From NCBI GenBank assembly GCA_965223325.1, contig CBDCWI010000001.1, positions 960,001 to 1,024,000 of the forward strand: 64,000 nt of DNA, given 5' to 3'. The translations under genes were made by a program, and so were the position numbers. Source of the stretch: Candidatus Multivoradales bacterium. Its GTDB lineage: Bacteria; Acidobacteriota; Thermoanaerobaculia; Multivoradales; Multivoraceae. The notes under the pieces were generated by a model. The model saw only the letters and a program-made list of their open reading frames with translations, ran no database searches and was not told the DNA's origin. Within the stretch, counting starts at the first letter, position 1; every line of letters begins with the position of its first letter. Below, in pieces: positions 56,141 to 64,000 of this stretch.

Positions 56141-57276
56141 GCAGGCTCCGGAGCTCTCTGACACGCATGTACGCGGTGTTCGCCAAAGAGCTGGTTCAGA
56201 TGCGACGCGATCGACTGACCTTTGCCATGATGCTGGGCATTCCAGTGCTGCAGTTGGTGCTCTTCGGCTTTGCCATCAACACCGACCCCAAGCACCTACC
56301 GACGGCTGTTCATGTCGAGGAGCGAACTCCCATCGTGCGCACGATCCTCAACGCACTCGAAGTCTCGCGGTACTACGACCTCGTCCTCGCCACCAGCGAT
56401 CCACGAGAGAGTCAGGACCTCTTGGCGCGCGGCGAGGTCGCCTTTGTCGTCTCCATTCCCGCCGGCTTCACCTCTCGTCTGCTCGCCGGCAAACGACCAC
56501 GCATGCTCATTGAGGCCGACGCTTCCGATCCGGCGGCCGCCTCCAACGCCATTGCCCACGCCCAGACGATCGTCGACCGTGCTCTGCGCCACGAGCTCAA
56601 AGGCCCCCTGGCGCACCTTCGCCCGGCACCGCCACCGGTCGAAGTCGTCGTGCACGCGCGCTACAACCCAGAGGGGATCACCCAGTACAACATCGTGCCC
56701 GGCCTACTCGGCGTGATCTTGACGATGACCTGCGTCATGATCACCGCGATCGCCATGACCCGCGAGGTCGAACGCGGCACGATGGAGAACCTCCTCGCGA
56801 TGCCAGTCAACCCCGCTGAAGTGATGGTCGGCAAGATCGCCCCCTACCTCGGCGTGGGCGCCGTCCAAACGGTCATCATCCTGGCCGCAGCACACTTTCT
56901 CTTCTCGGTTCCGTTCGTGGGTTCAGTCGGCTTGCTGGTCCTCGGCGTGACCGTCTTTCTGGTCGCCAACCTGGCGTTGGGGTTTACCTTCTCAACCATT
57001 GCCCGATCGCAGATGCAGGCGATGCAGCTCACCTTCTTCTTCTTCCTGCCGTCGATCCTGCTTTCGGGGTTCATGTTTCCGTTTCGAGGCATGCCCCTCT
57101 GGGCCCAGACCCTTGGAGAAGTGCTCCCCCTCACCCACTTTCTGCGGGTGGTGCGTGGCGTCATGTTGAAAGGAGCGAGCCTTGTCCATGTCGGCAACGA
57201 ACTCCTGGCCATCGCAGCTTTTACGACCGTCGCAGGTACAGTGGCGATGCTGCGTTACCAACGCACTCTCGACTGA
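56137..57276 (+). CDS. ABC-2 permease (YbhR/S-like)
   Basis: 'KELVQMRRDRLT', 'REVERGTMENLL', 'LLSGFMFPF..MP'. Confidence 0.93.
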   Translation: MSRLRSSLTRMYAVFAKELVQMRRDRLTFAMMLGIPVLQLVLFGFAINTDPKHLPTAVHVEERTPIVRTILNALEVSRYYDLVLATSDPRESQDLLARGEVAFVVSIPAGFTSRLLAGKRPRMLIEADASDPAAASNAIAHAQTIVDRALRHELKGPLAHLRPAPPPVEVVVHARYNPEGITQYNIVPGLLGVILTMTCVMITAIAMTREVERGTMENLLAMPVNPAEVMVGKIAPYLGVGAVQTVIILAAAHFLFSVPFVGSVGLLVLGVTVFLVANLALGFTFSTIARSQMQAMQLTFFFFLPSILLSGFMFPFRGMPLWAQTLGEVLPLTHFLRVVRGVMLKGASLVHVGNELLAIAAFTTVAGTVAMLRYQRTLD

Positions 57277-57659
57277 AAGGCGTCTGAACGTTGTGACCAA
57301 TCGACGGATGCAGGTTCGGAGGAACGATCGGGCCGGCCACCAACCGGGGGCCGCGATCCCGGAAGCAGTCACGTCAGGCGACTCATCCTGGGCAACGCCC
57401 TGGCCGTGACCAGGCGGAACGGCCAGCGCGAGAACGTCAGCGAAAAGCCGGCAAGCAAGGTCACTGCGGCGAGTGCGCAGGTGTGCCCTTTCAAGCCGAC
57501 ACCCTCCATTCTTGTGAGTCAACGGCAACCGCTCTGCAAGGTAGCGCTCTCTCCCCGGGGTTCGACGGAGCAGTCAGGCCCGCAACAGACCGCTAGGCGC
57601 ATGGCCTAAGATCTTCGCTGGAACCCCCGACTGAGATTTCAAGACAACGGAGAGCCGCA

Positions 57660-58547
57660 GTGATTCTTCAGAACGACGAGGGTGCGGGCACGCTCGCGCC
57701 CGAAGTGAACGAGGCCCTTTCGATCGACATGAACGCCTGGATCGATCGCGGGCTCGAGAGTGCGACCGGCTTCGGCCTCAATCTGATCGCTGCCCTGGCC
57801 ATCCTGGTCGTTGGCCTCTACATCTCAAAGCTCATCGGACGCATCGCCCGGCGCGCCCTCGAGCGCAGCAAGCTCGACGACACGGTCACCCACTTTCTCT
57901 CCAACCTGGTTTCGTATGCGCTGATCGTCTTCGTCGTCATCGCAGCGCTGTCGCGCCTGGGCGTGCAAACGAGTCAGTTCGTCGCCGTCCTCGGCGCCGC
58001 CGGCCTGGCGATCGGCCTCGCCATGGAAGGCTCGCTGTCGAACTTCGCCGCTGGCGTCCTGATCGCGGTCTTTCGACCGTTCGGCATTGGCGATTGGGTC
58101 GAAGCGGCCGACGCCGAAGGTCAGGTCACGAACATCTCGATCTTCTACACCACCCTCCTCACCCTCGACAACGAGACCATCGTGATCCCGAACTCCGAGG
58201 TCACCGCAGGAAAGGTCACCAATTTCTCAGCCGGCAACTTCGTGAGGGTCGAGATTCCGTTCGTCGTTGGTCACGAGGCCGAATGGTCAGCGGTTCGTGA
58301 GATCGCCATGAGCGTCCCGAGACACTGTCCACGGGTGATCGCCGAGCCACCGCCCGAGGTCCAGATCATCGAACTGGCAGAGGCCGGGGTCCGCGCCCAG
58401 GTCGAGGTCACGACCGAAGCCAAGGACCGCGAGGACGTCATGTTCGAGGTCTCAGAAGTGCTCAAGGCGGGCTTCGATGCACGCGCTGTCCGCATGCCTC
58501 ATCGGCAGCTGGATGTGCGTGTGCAAGAAGGCCGCCTCCCGGGCTGA
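57660..58547 (+). CDS. mscS: Small-conductance mechanosensitive channel
   Basis: Three TM helices, 'LGAAGLAIGLA..GSLSNFAAG', 'RPFGIGDWV', 'IPNS'. Confidence 0.9.
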   Translation: MILQNDEGAGTLAPEVNEALSIDMNAWIDRGLESATGFGLNLIAALAILVVGLYISKLIGRIARRALERSKLDDTVTHFLSNLVSYALIVFVVIAALSRLGVQTSQFVAVLGAAGLAIGLAMEGSLSNFAAGVLIAVFRPFGIGDWVEAADAEGQVTNISIFYTTLLTLDNETIVIPNSEVTAGKVTNFSAGNFVRVEIPFVVGHEAEWSAVREIAMSVPRHCPRVIAEPPPEVQIIELAEAGVRAQVEVTTEAKDREDVMFEVSEVLKAGFDARAVRMPHRQLDVRVQEGRLPG

Positions 58548-58553
58548 GACCCG

Positions 58554-60002
58554 CTACTGGGCACGGCGCACTGGAGCAACGCCAGTCCACCGTTCGGTGG
58601 TGCCGGTTTCAAAGCCGTCCGAGAAAAGGCTTTCGATCTCGTAGATCCGGTAGAGCTGGCCGTAGATCTCCTCGTCTCCTGGATAAGGATCGCCCGACCA
58701 GACGGTCAGCATCGTGCCGTCCGAGGCCAGCGCAGCACTGATGCTTTCCGCTCGACTCTCGTCGTCGAAGGGCACGCCAATGGCGCTCAGTAGAACCGGT
58801 GACTCGAGCGTCGGCTCGCCGTTCGTGTCGATCAGCTGAACGAAGATCTCGCGGTCGTCATCCTGTCCGGGCAACTCGAAGCGGGCGTCGAAGGCGATCG
58901 GGAAGATGCCATCGGCCGCCGACGCAAACGAGAAGTTCCTCGCACCATGGTCGACGGCAAACTGAGGCCCCAGTTCCGACACCACCTGCCAGGTCCCCAC
59001 CGGGCCCGAGAAGGGGTCGAAAAGCCGAACGGCGACCTGCGGCGCGGCGTTGTACCAGCCAACCAGGAACTGCCCGGTCGAACGATCGTAGGCCATCTGC
59101 GCCAGGTGGCAGTCGACCGGAACCTCGGTACAGTCGTGCACTGTGTGGGAGGGTCCCTCAGGGGTACCGAGCCCATTCACCCGCTGGACTTCGATCGTTT
59201 CTTCCAGAAGGTTGGTGGCGACGTACAGCATCTGGAACTCCTCGAGGCGCGAATCCCACGCCAGGTCGAGGCCGGAGACTTCGCGGGTTTGATCGCCAAG
59301 CCCACCGACCGCTGTCATCCGCCTGTCCTCACCGATCGTGAGGCCCGTCGCCGACAGCACCCGGCGACCGAAGACCTCGAACTCTTCCCGCGCCTGGCCC
59401 TCCTCATTGTCATCGGCCCTATAGATGATCAGAAACTCGCCCCGTTTCGGGTTGAACGCAATCCGCGCGTTGTTGGCACGGTAATCCGAGTTGAACGGCC
59501 CGCCCGCCAGACTGACCTGAGCGGTCGAGCCCCGTGGCGTACAGTCGGCATCGACACCGCGGTAGAAGATTTCGACGCCATCGAAGCCGTTGGGATGCAC
59601 CGCCTGGAAGGCCACGCCCATCCGCTCGAGGAGCGGGTCGAAAGCAGTCACCACGCCATTGATGCCGACAAAGCCCTGTGTCAAGTGCTGCGGATCGTCG
59701 ATCAGCTCCCCGGTGTAGCCATCAACGGCCTGGCACCACAGCTGCGGCGGCCCACCGTCGTCGATATCGCTGAAGAAGACCACCAGATAGCGGTGGCTCT
59801 CCGGCACGTAGACGATCTTCGGGATCGTCGAGAAGGTCGCCGGGTCTCCGGGAGTTGAAGTCGGGTTGCTGATCTGAAAGTCGTCGAAGCCGAAAGGCTG
59901 CGCCTCCAGCCTTACGACCAGCAACATCGTCGACATCATGAAAACAAGCAAAACCGTGGCGAGCTGCGGAGGGAGAAAAGACTGCTGCGACCCGTTCGAC
60001 AT
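58554..60002 (-). CDS. Secreted beta-rich (propeller-like) hypothetical protein with C-terminal FSDGFETG tail
   Basis: Signal peptide, repeated 'IAFN/LAWD/MAYD...FLV.W' blades, C-terminal 'LFSDGFETGTTERWT'. Confidence 0.75.
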   Translation of the reverse strand: MSNGSQQSFLPPQLATVLLVFMMSTMLLVVRLEAQPFGFDDFQISNPTSTPGDPATFSTIPKIVYVPESHRYLVVFFSDIDDGGPPQLWCQAVDGYTGELIDDPQHLTQGFVGINGVVTAFDPLLERMGVAFQAVHPNGFDGVEIFYRGVDADCTPRGSTAQVSLAGGPFNSDYRANNARIAFNPKRGEFLIIYRADDNEEGQAREEFEVFGRRVLSATGLTIGEDRRMTAVGGLGDQTREVSGLDLAWDSRLEEFQMLYVATNLLEETIEVQRVNGLGTPEGPSHTVHDCTEVPVDCHLAQMAYDRSTGQFLVGWYNAAPQVAVRLFDPFSGPVGTWQVVSELGPQFAVDHGARNFSFASAADGIFPIAFDARFELPGQDDDREIFVQLIDTNGEPTLESPVLLSAIGVPFDDESRAESISAALASDGTMLTVWSGDPYPGDEEIYGQLYRIYEIESLFSDGFETGTTERWTGVAPVRRAQ

Positions 60003-60298
60003 TCTGGGACTCCTTGGGGGTTCTTTCAGGGCTGCGGGGCGCCATCGCCCTCACTTCCTCCCACGCAAAACGCACCCGATCGCCGCCAGACAGCAGCCAG
60101 CCTCAGGGTCCAGAAAGCCTTCACCGGCCTGGCGACTTCGTGGCACGCTTCGACTTCGGACGGTAGGCCCGGCGAGCGCGTGGCATTCCCGCGCGCCCAG
60201 ATAGCAGCCGGCCCGGCGGGAGCGGTACTCTCCAGGCACCGAACCGATCATCGACCCCAACTCCGAACCGCTAACCGACAGACGAGGACGATTCCGAC

Positions 60299-61528
60299 AT
60301 GACGCAAGAAGCCTGGATCATCGACGCAGTGAGAACTCCGCGCGGCATCGGCAAACAGGGCAAGGGGGCACTCGCCCACCTCCACCCTCAACGCCTCGCC
60401 GCCACCGTGCTCGAGGCGGTCGAGAAACGCAACGATCTCAACACCGAAGAGGTCGACGACGTCATCTGGGGCTGCTCTTCGCAGAGCGGCAAGCAGGCCG
60501 CCTGTATCGGTCGCATGGCGGCTCTCGACGCCGGCTGGAGCACCAAAGCCGGCGGCGTCACCCTCGACCGCTTCTGCGGTTCAGGCATCACGTCGGTGAA
60601 CATGGCCGCCGCCTCGATCATGTGCGGCATGGAGGACTGCGTGGTCTCGGGGGGCGTCGAGATGATGTCGTATACCGCCACCCTCGGCGGCGGCCTGATG
60701 GACCGCGGCAACCTGCACCTTCGCGACCTGCACCCGCAGTGGCACCAGGGAATCTGTGCCGACGTGATCGCAACCCTCGAGGGCATCACGCAAGAAGACG
60801 TCAATCGGGTCGGCTACGTCAGTCAGCAGCGGGCGAAAGAGGCCATCGCGGACGGGCGGTTCGAGAACAGCCTGGCGCCGGTCTACAACGACGACGGAAC
60901 CCTGGCGCTCGATCACGACGAGTACCCTCGCCCGGACACCACCATGCAGGGTCTGGCCGGCCTCAACCCGGCATTCGAGAAGTTCATGGGCGCGCAGTTC
61001 GACGACACCGGTGAGACCTTCGACCAACTCGTCCGCCGCACCTACCCCGACATCAAGATCAACCACGTCCACCACGCCGGCAACTCTTCGGGCGTCGTCG
61101 ACGGGGCGGCGTGCCTTCTCCTGGCCTCGCCCGGGTACGCAAAGGCCCAGGGGTGGAAGCCGCGGGCGCGAGTCAAGGCGATGGCCAACCTGGCGGGAAG
61201 CCCGACCTTGATGCTCAACGAACCCGTCCCGGCTGCCAAGAAGGTCCTCGAGAAGGCCGGTATGAAGCTCGACGACATCGACCTGATCGAGATCAACGAG
61301 GCCTTCGCGGTCGTCGCCTTCAAGTTCATGCGCGACCTCGATGCCGACCCCGAGAAGTGCAATGTGAATGGCGGCTCGATTGCCCTCGGCCACCCCATTG
61401 CCGCGACCGGCTCGGTGCTCATCGGGACGCTCCTCGACGAGCTCGAGCGTCGCGACCTCGCAACGGGGCTGGTTACGATGTGTGCCGGCGGTGGCATGGC
61501 GCCAGCGATCATTATCGAGCGCGTCTAG
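60299..61528 (+). CDS. Acetyl-CoA C-acyltransferase (thiolase)
   Basis: 'DAVRTPRG', 'DRFCGSG', 'EINEAF', 'GGSIALGHP', 'MCAGGGM'. Confidence 0.95.
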   Translation: MTQEAWIIDAVRTPRGIGKQGKGALAHLHPQRLAATVLEAVEKRNDLNTEEVDDVIWGCSSQSGKQAACIGRMAALDAGWSTKAGGVTLDRFCGSGITSVNMAAASIMCGMEDCVVSGGVEMMSYTATLGGGLMDRGNLHLRDLHPQWHQGICADVIATLEGITQEDVNRVGYVSQQRAKEAIADGRFENSLAPVYNDDGTLALDHDEYPRPDTTMQGLAGLNPAFEKFMGAQFDDTGETFDQLVRRTYPDIKINHVHHAGNSSGVVDGAACLLLASPGYAKAQGWKPRARVKAMANLAGSPTLMLNEPVPAAKKVLEKAGMKLDDIDLIEINEAFAVVAFKFMRDLDADPEKCNVNGGSIALGHPIAATGSVLIGTLLDELERRDLATGLVTMCAGGGMAPAIIIERV

Positions 61529-61549
61529 CGTTCCTGGCACGAGAAGATC

Positions 61550-61876
61550 ATGACGCCAACGCCAGATTCACCTCCCGATCGCCTCGCGATCAACCCGAGG
61601 AGCAAGTTCTTCGACCAGAAGGCGCTCGAGCGTGGGATTGGCATTCGCTTCAAGGGTCGAGAGCGCTTCGACGTCGAGGAGTACTGCCTGTCGGGCGGTT
61701 GGATTCGGGTGCAGGCAGGCAAGGCGCGCGACCGGCATGGCAATCCACTGACGGTGAAACTCACGGGACCGGTTGAGGCCTGGTTCCAGGACGCGGAACC
61801 CGAGGGCATCTCCTCGGAAGAGGGGGCCTCGAGCGGCAGCCCTTCAGAGGTCGATGTCTCAAAGAGCGATGCCTAG
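61550..61876 (+). CDS. DUF3297 family protein
   Basis: 'PPDRL...GIGIRFKG.ER.DVEEYC.S.GWIRV..GK.RDRHGNPL..KL.G.VE'. Confidence 0.85.
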   Translation: MTPTPDSPPDRLAINPRSKFFDQKALERGIGIRFKGRERFDVEEYCLSGGWIRVQAGKARDRHGNPLTVKLTGPVEAWFQDAEPEGISSEEGASSGSPSEVDVSKSDA

Positions 61877-62900
61877 CGGAGGCGCCGACAGGCAACCGCA
61901 GGAGGGCGAGGAAGCCAGATCGAGCTTCGGCTGGGTCTTCTTCACCGGCCTTTGCATGGGGGCCGCCGACGTCGTGCCTGGAGTCTCCGGCGGCACGATG
62001 GCGTTCATCATGGGCATCTACGAGCGACTCATTGAGGCGATCAAGAGTGTCGACCTGGAGCTCGCGCGCCTCGCGGCACGCTTCGAATGGAAGAAAGCCA
62101 TCGCACATGTCGACGGCTACTTCCTGGCAGCGCTCGCCACTGGCATCCTGGCGGCGGTGCTGGTGCTCTCGGGTCGGGTGGAGTGGGCACTCGAACACCA
62201 GCGAACTCTCCTCTTCGCCTTCTTCTTTGGCCTGGTATGCGCGTCGGTTGTTTCGCTGGCAGCCAAGATCCCCTGGACAGGACCAGCTCTTGCGTGGTTT
62301 CTTCTGGGCGCCGTTCTGGCCTGGGTGGTGGTGGGTCTCTTGGTACGACCGACTCCGGCGACACCCTGGATGGCCTTCGTCGCCGGTGCGATTGGCGTCA
62401 CGGCAATGATCCTGCCTGGGATCTCCGGCTCGTTTATCCTCCTCATCCTCGGTCAGTACGCACCGGTCATCGCGGCGATCAACGACCTCAAAGCCGCCGA
62501 CCTCAACGCCCTTCGAACCCTCGTGCCACTCGGGCTCGGCATGGTGGTTGGTCTGATGCTCTTCAGCCGAGCGCTGAGCTGGCTCCTCGAGCGCTACTAC
62601 CAGGCCACCGTGGCTCTGATGACCGGCTTTATCGCCGGTTCGTTGCGCAAGATCTGGCCCTTTAAGGGCGACGTGCTACAGACCATCCAGAAAAGAGACG
62701 AGCTGGTCGAGGTTCACGCCAACGCCTTACCCGAGTTGAGTTCTCCCGAGTTTCTGATGGCGCTGGGGCTGGCGCTTCTCGGTTTCGTTTTCATTACCGC
62801 TGTCGATCACATGCACGCGCGCAACAACCCGATCGCGTTGGCGCTCCTCGCTTTCGCCGGCCGCGATCGTGCAGCGGGTCGACGAAGCGATCGAGCGTAG
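61869..62900 (+). CDS. DUF368 family membrane protein (PopT-like undecaprenyl-phosphate transporter family)
   Basis: 'MGAADVVPGVSGGTMA' and second repeat 'AMILPGISGSFILLILG'; start uncertain. Confidence 0.88.
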   Translation: MPSGGADRQPQEGEEARSSFGWVFFTGLCMGAADVVPGVSGGTMAFIMGIYERLIEAIKSVDLELARLAARFEWKKAIAHVDGYFLAALATGILAAVLVLSGRVEWALEHQRTLLFAFFFGLVCASVVSLAAKIPWTGPALAWFLLGAVLAWVVVGLLVRPTPATPWMAFVAGAIGVTAMILPGISGSFILLILGQYAPVIAAINDLKAADLNALRTLVPLGLGMVVGLMLFSRALSWLLERYYQATVALMTGFIAGSLRKIWPFKGDVLQTIQKRDELVEVHANALPELSSPEFLMALGLALLGFVFITAVDHMHARNNPIALALLAFAGRDRAAGRRSDRA

Positions 62901-62933
62901 GCCACTCTCGACGACGATTGCCGCCGACGCACC

Positions 62934-64000
62934 CTAGAAGGTCTTGCGGTACCCCACACTGACAGAAGTGGTGTTGAGGTCGTCGCGCTCGAGATCGGTT
63001 TCGAGAAGTGCGAACCACGAATGACCTCGCGGTAGCGTGAGATTCAGGCCCGCGCCAACGTTGAGATAGTCGCGATCGGGATTCTCGGTGAGGATTACAA
63101 ACTGCTGGTTCGTTGCGTCGAGCGCCAGACGGCCTGCGACGCTGCGCGCGTCGTTTTTAAACTCATGCAGCCAGGTCAGACGCACGAGCGGTTGGAGAAC
63201 ACCCCAGCGACGAGAGAGCGACCACACCATGTCGGCGCCGACCTCGGTGACCAGCGACGTCGCCGATTGACCGTCGAGTGACACGGCAAAGGAGCCGCCG
63301 GTTTCGACGATTGGATCGACATCGACGTCGGTGTAGTTGACGCGCGCGATCGCACCGAAAAGCCCGCTCTGGCCCATGCGGAAGTCTCGGCCGAAGCCGA
63401 GATGAAGAGCGAGAGCATCGGTCGTCGTTTCGCTCGCCGTTGCAACCGTTCCGAGCCCTGCTGGCTTTCGGATGCGCCGCTCGAGGTCGAAGTCGACCTG
63501 GGCTGTCGTTGCCATGAGGTCAACGTGGAAGGCGTTCACCTGCCAGGCCGAAAACAGCGTCAGACTGTAGCCACTCGAATCGGCCTTGCCGCCGTCGTCG
63601 GCGAGGTCAGTATCGCCCGCTGTGTAACCGACGGCAGCACCGATCCATGTGGTATCGCCGATGCGCCAGTCGAGCCCGGTGGTGATGCCCTGGGTCTCGA
63701 AGTCGTAGGCGTCTTCTCTTGCCGTCGCTTCGCGATCTCCGAACGCGACGCGGCCGTTGAGGAACCAACCCACCCGGCCAGGGCCTTCGCCGAGCTCGAG
63801 GGTCGTCTCAGAATCGGCGCTGGCCGCACCTCCGCGGAGACCTCGGAGCTCACGCTCGACGAGGCTGTTGAGTCGTTCGCGGGTGATCGGGGCGGCGCCA
63901 CTCGCTCTCTGGGCAGCAAGTGCGGCAAGGGGAATCGCCTGCTCCCGAAGGCGCACGTCCAGGTCCGCGATCGAGGCATCGTCGCCGGACGTTCGAGAGC
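62934..64000 (-). CDS. Autotransporter-type outer-membrane beta-barrel domain protein (5' end outside the window)
   Basis: Alternating beta-strand pattern, 'GITTGLDWR', 'WLHEF', terminal Phe (YRKTF). Confidence 0.85.
   Translation of the reverse strand, partial: SRTSGDDASIADLDVRLREQAIPLAALAAQRASGAAPITRERLNSLVERELRGLRGGAASADSETTLELGEGPGRVGWFLNGRVAFGDREATAREDAYDFETQGITTGLDWRIGDTTWIGAAVGYTAGDTDLADDGGKADSSGYSLTLFSAWQVNAFHVDLMATTAQVDFDLERRIRKPAGLGTVATASETTTDALALHLGFGRDFRMGQSGLFGAIARVNYTDVDVDPIVETGGSFAVSLDGQSATSLVTEVGADMVWSLSRRWGVLQPLVRLTWLHEFKNDARSVAGRLALDATNQQFVILTENPDRDYLNVGAGLNLTLPRGHSWFALLETDLERDDLNTTSVSVGYRKTF

Overview
GC-rich bacterial window of about 45 protein-coding genes. C-terminal FxD(S/G)FE(S/T)G..W tails, an IPTL-CTERM protein, a TonB receptor and an amtB-glnK operon suggest a diderm organism, possibly Acidobacteriota/Thermoanaerobaculia (inference only). 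Contents from left to right: a PQQ-type propeller protein, an ABC exporter, a sigma54-type amtB-glnK operon, a cobalamin riboswitch with a btuB-like receptor, an HUH/Y1 (RAYT/IS200-like) transposase flanked by 19-bp repeats, a DUF1800/DUF1501 pair, a catabolic cluster (CYP153-like P450, haloalkane dehalogenase, GST, DsbA/HCCA isomerase, DJ-1/PfpI, two sulfatases, TetR, APC permease), surface proteins, an amidohydrolase pair, Hsp20, a ~4,550-aa SdrD-repeat adhesin ending in a gingipain-like C25 peptidase, a TetR-HlyD-ABC efflux operon, MscS, thiolase and an autotransporter barrel. Best novelty candidates: (1) a ~630-nt stretch lacking any credible long ORF (4277-4912) between a sigma70-like promoter and a perfect 14-bp hairpin, with nested long-range complementarity, which may be a large structured ncRNA; (2) a C-terminal tail shared by three unrelated exported proteins, one carrying a C25 protease, which may be a surface-sorting system; (3) a shared palindromic operator linking the catabolic cluster; (4) a dispersed element made of a 15-mer plus 11-bp-period repeats. 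No database searches or folding programs were run; all family calls come from motif recognition.
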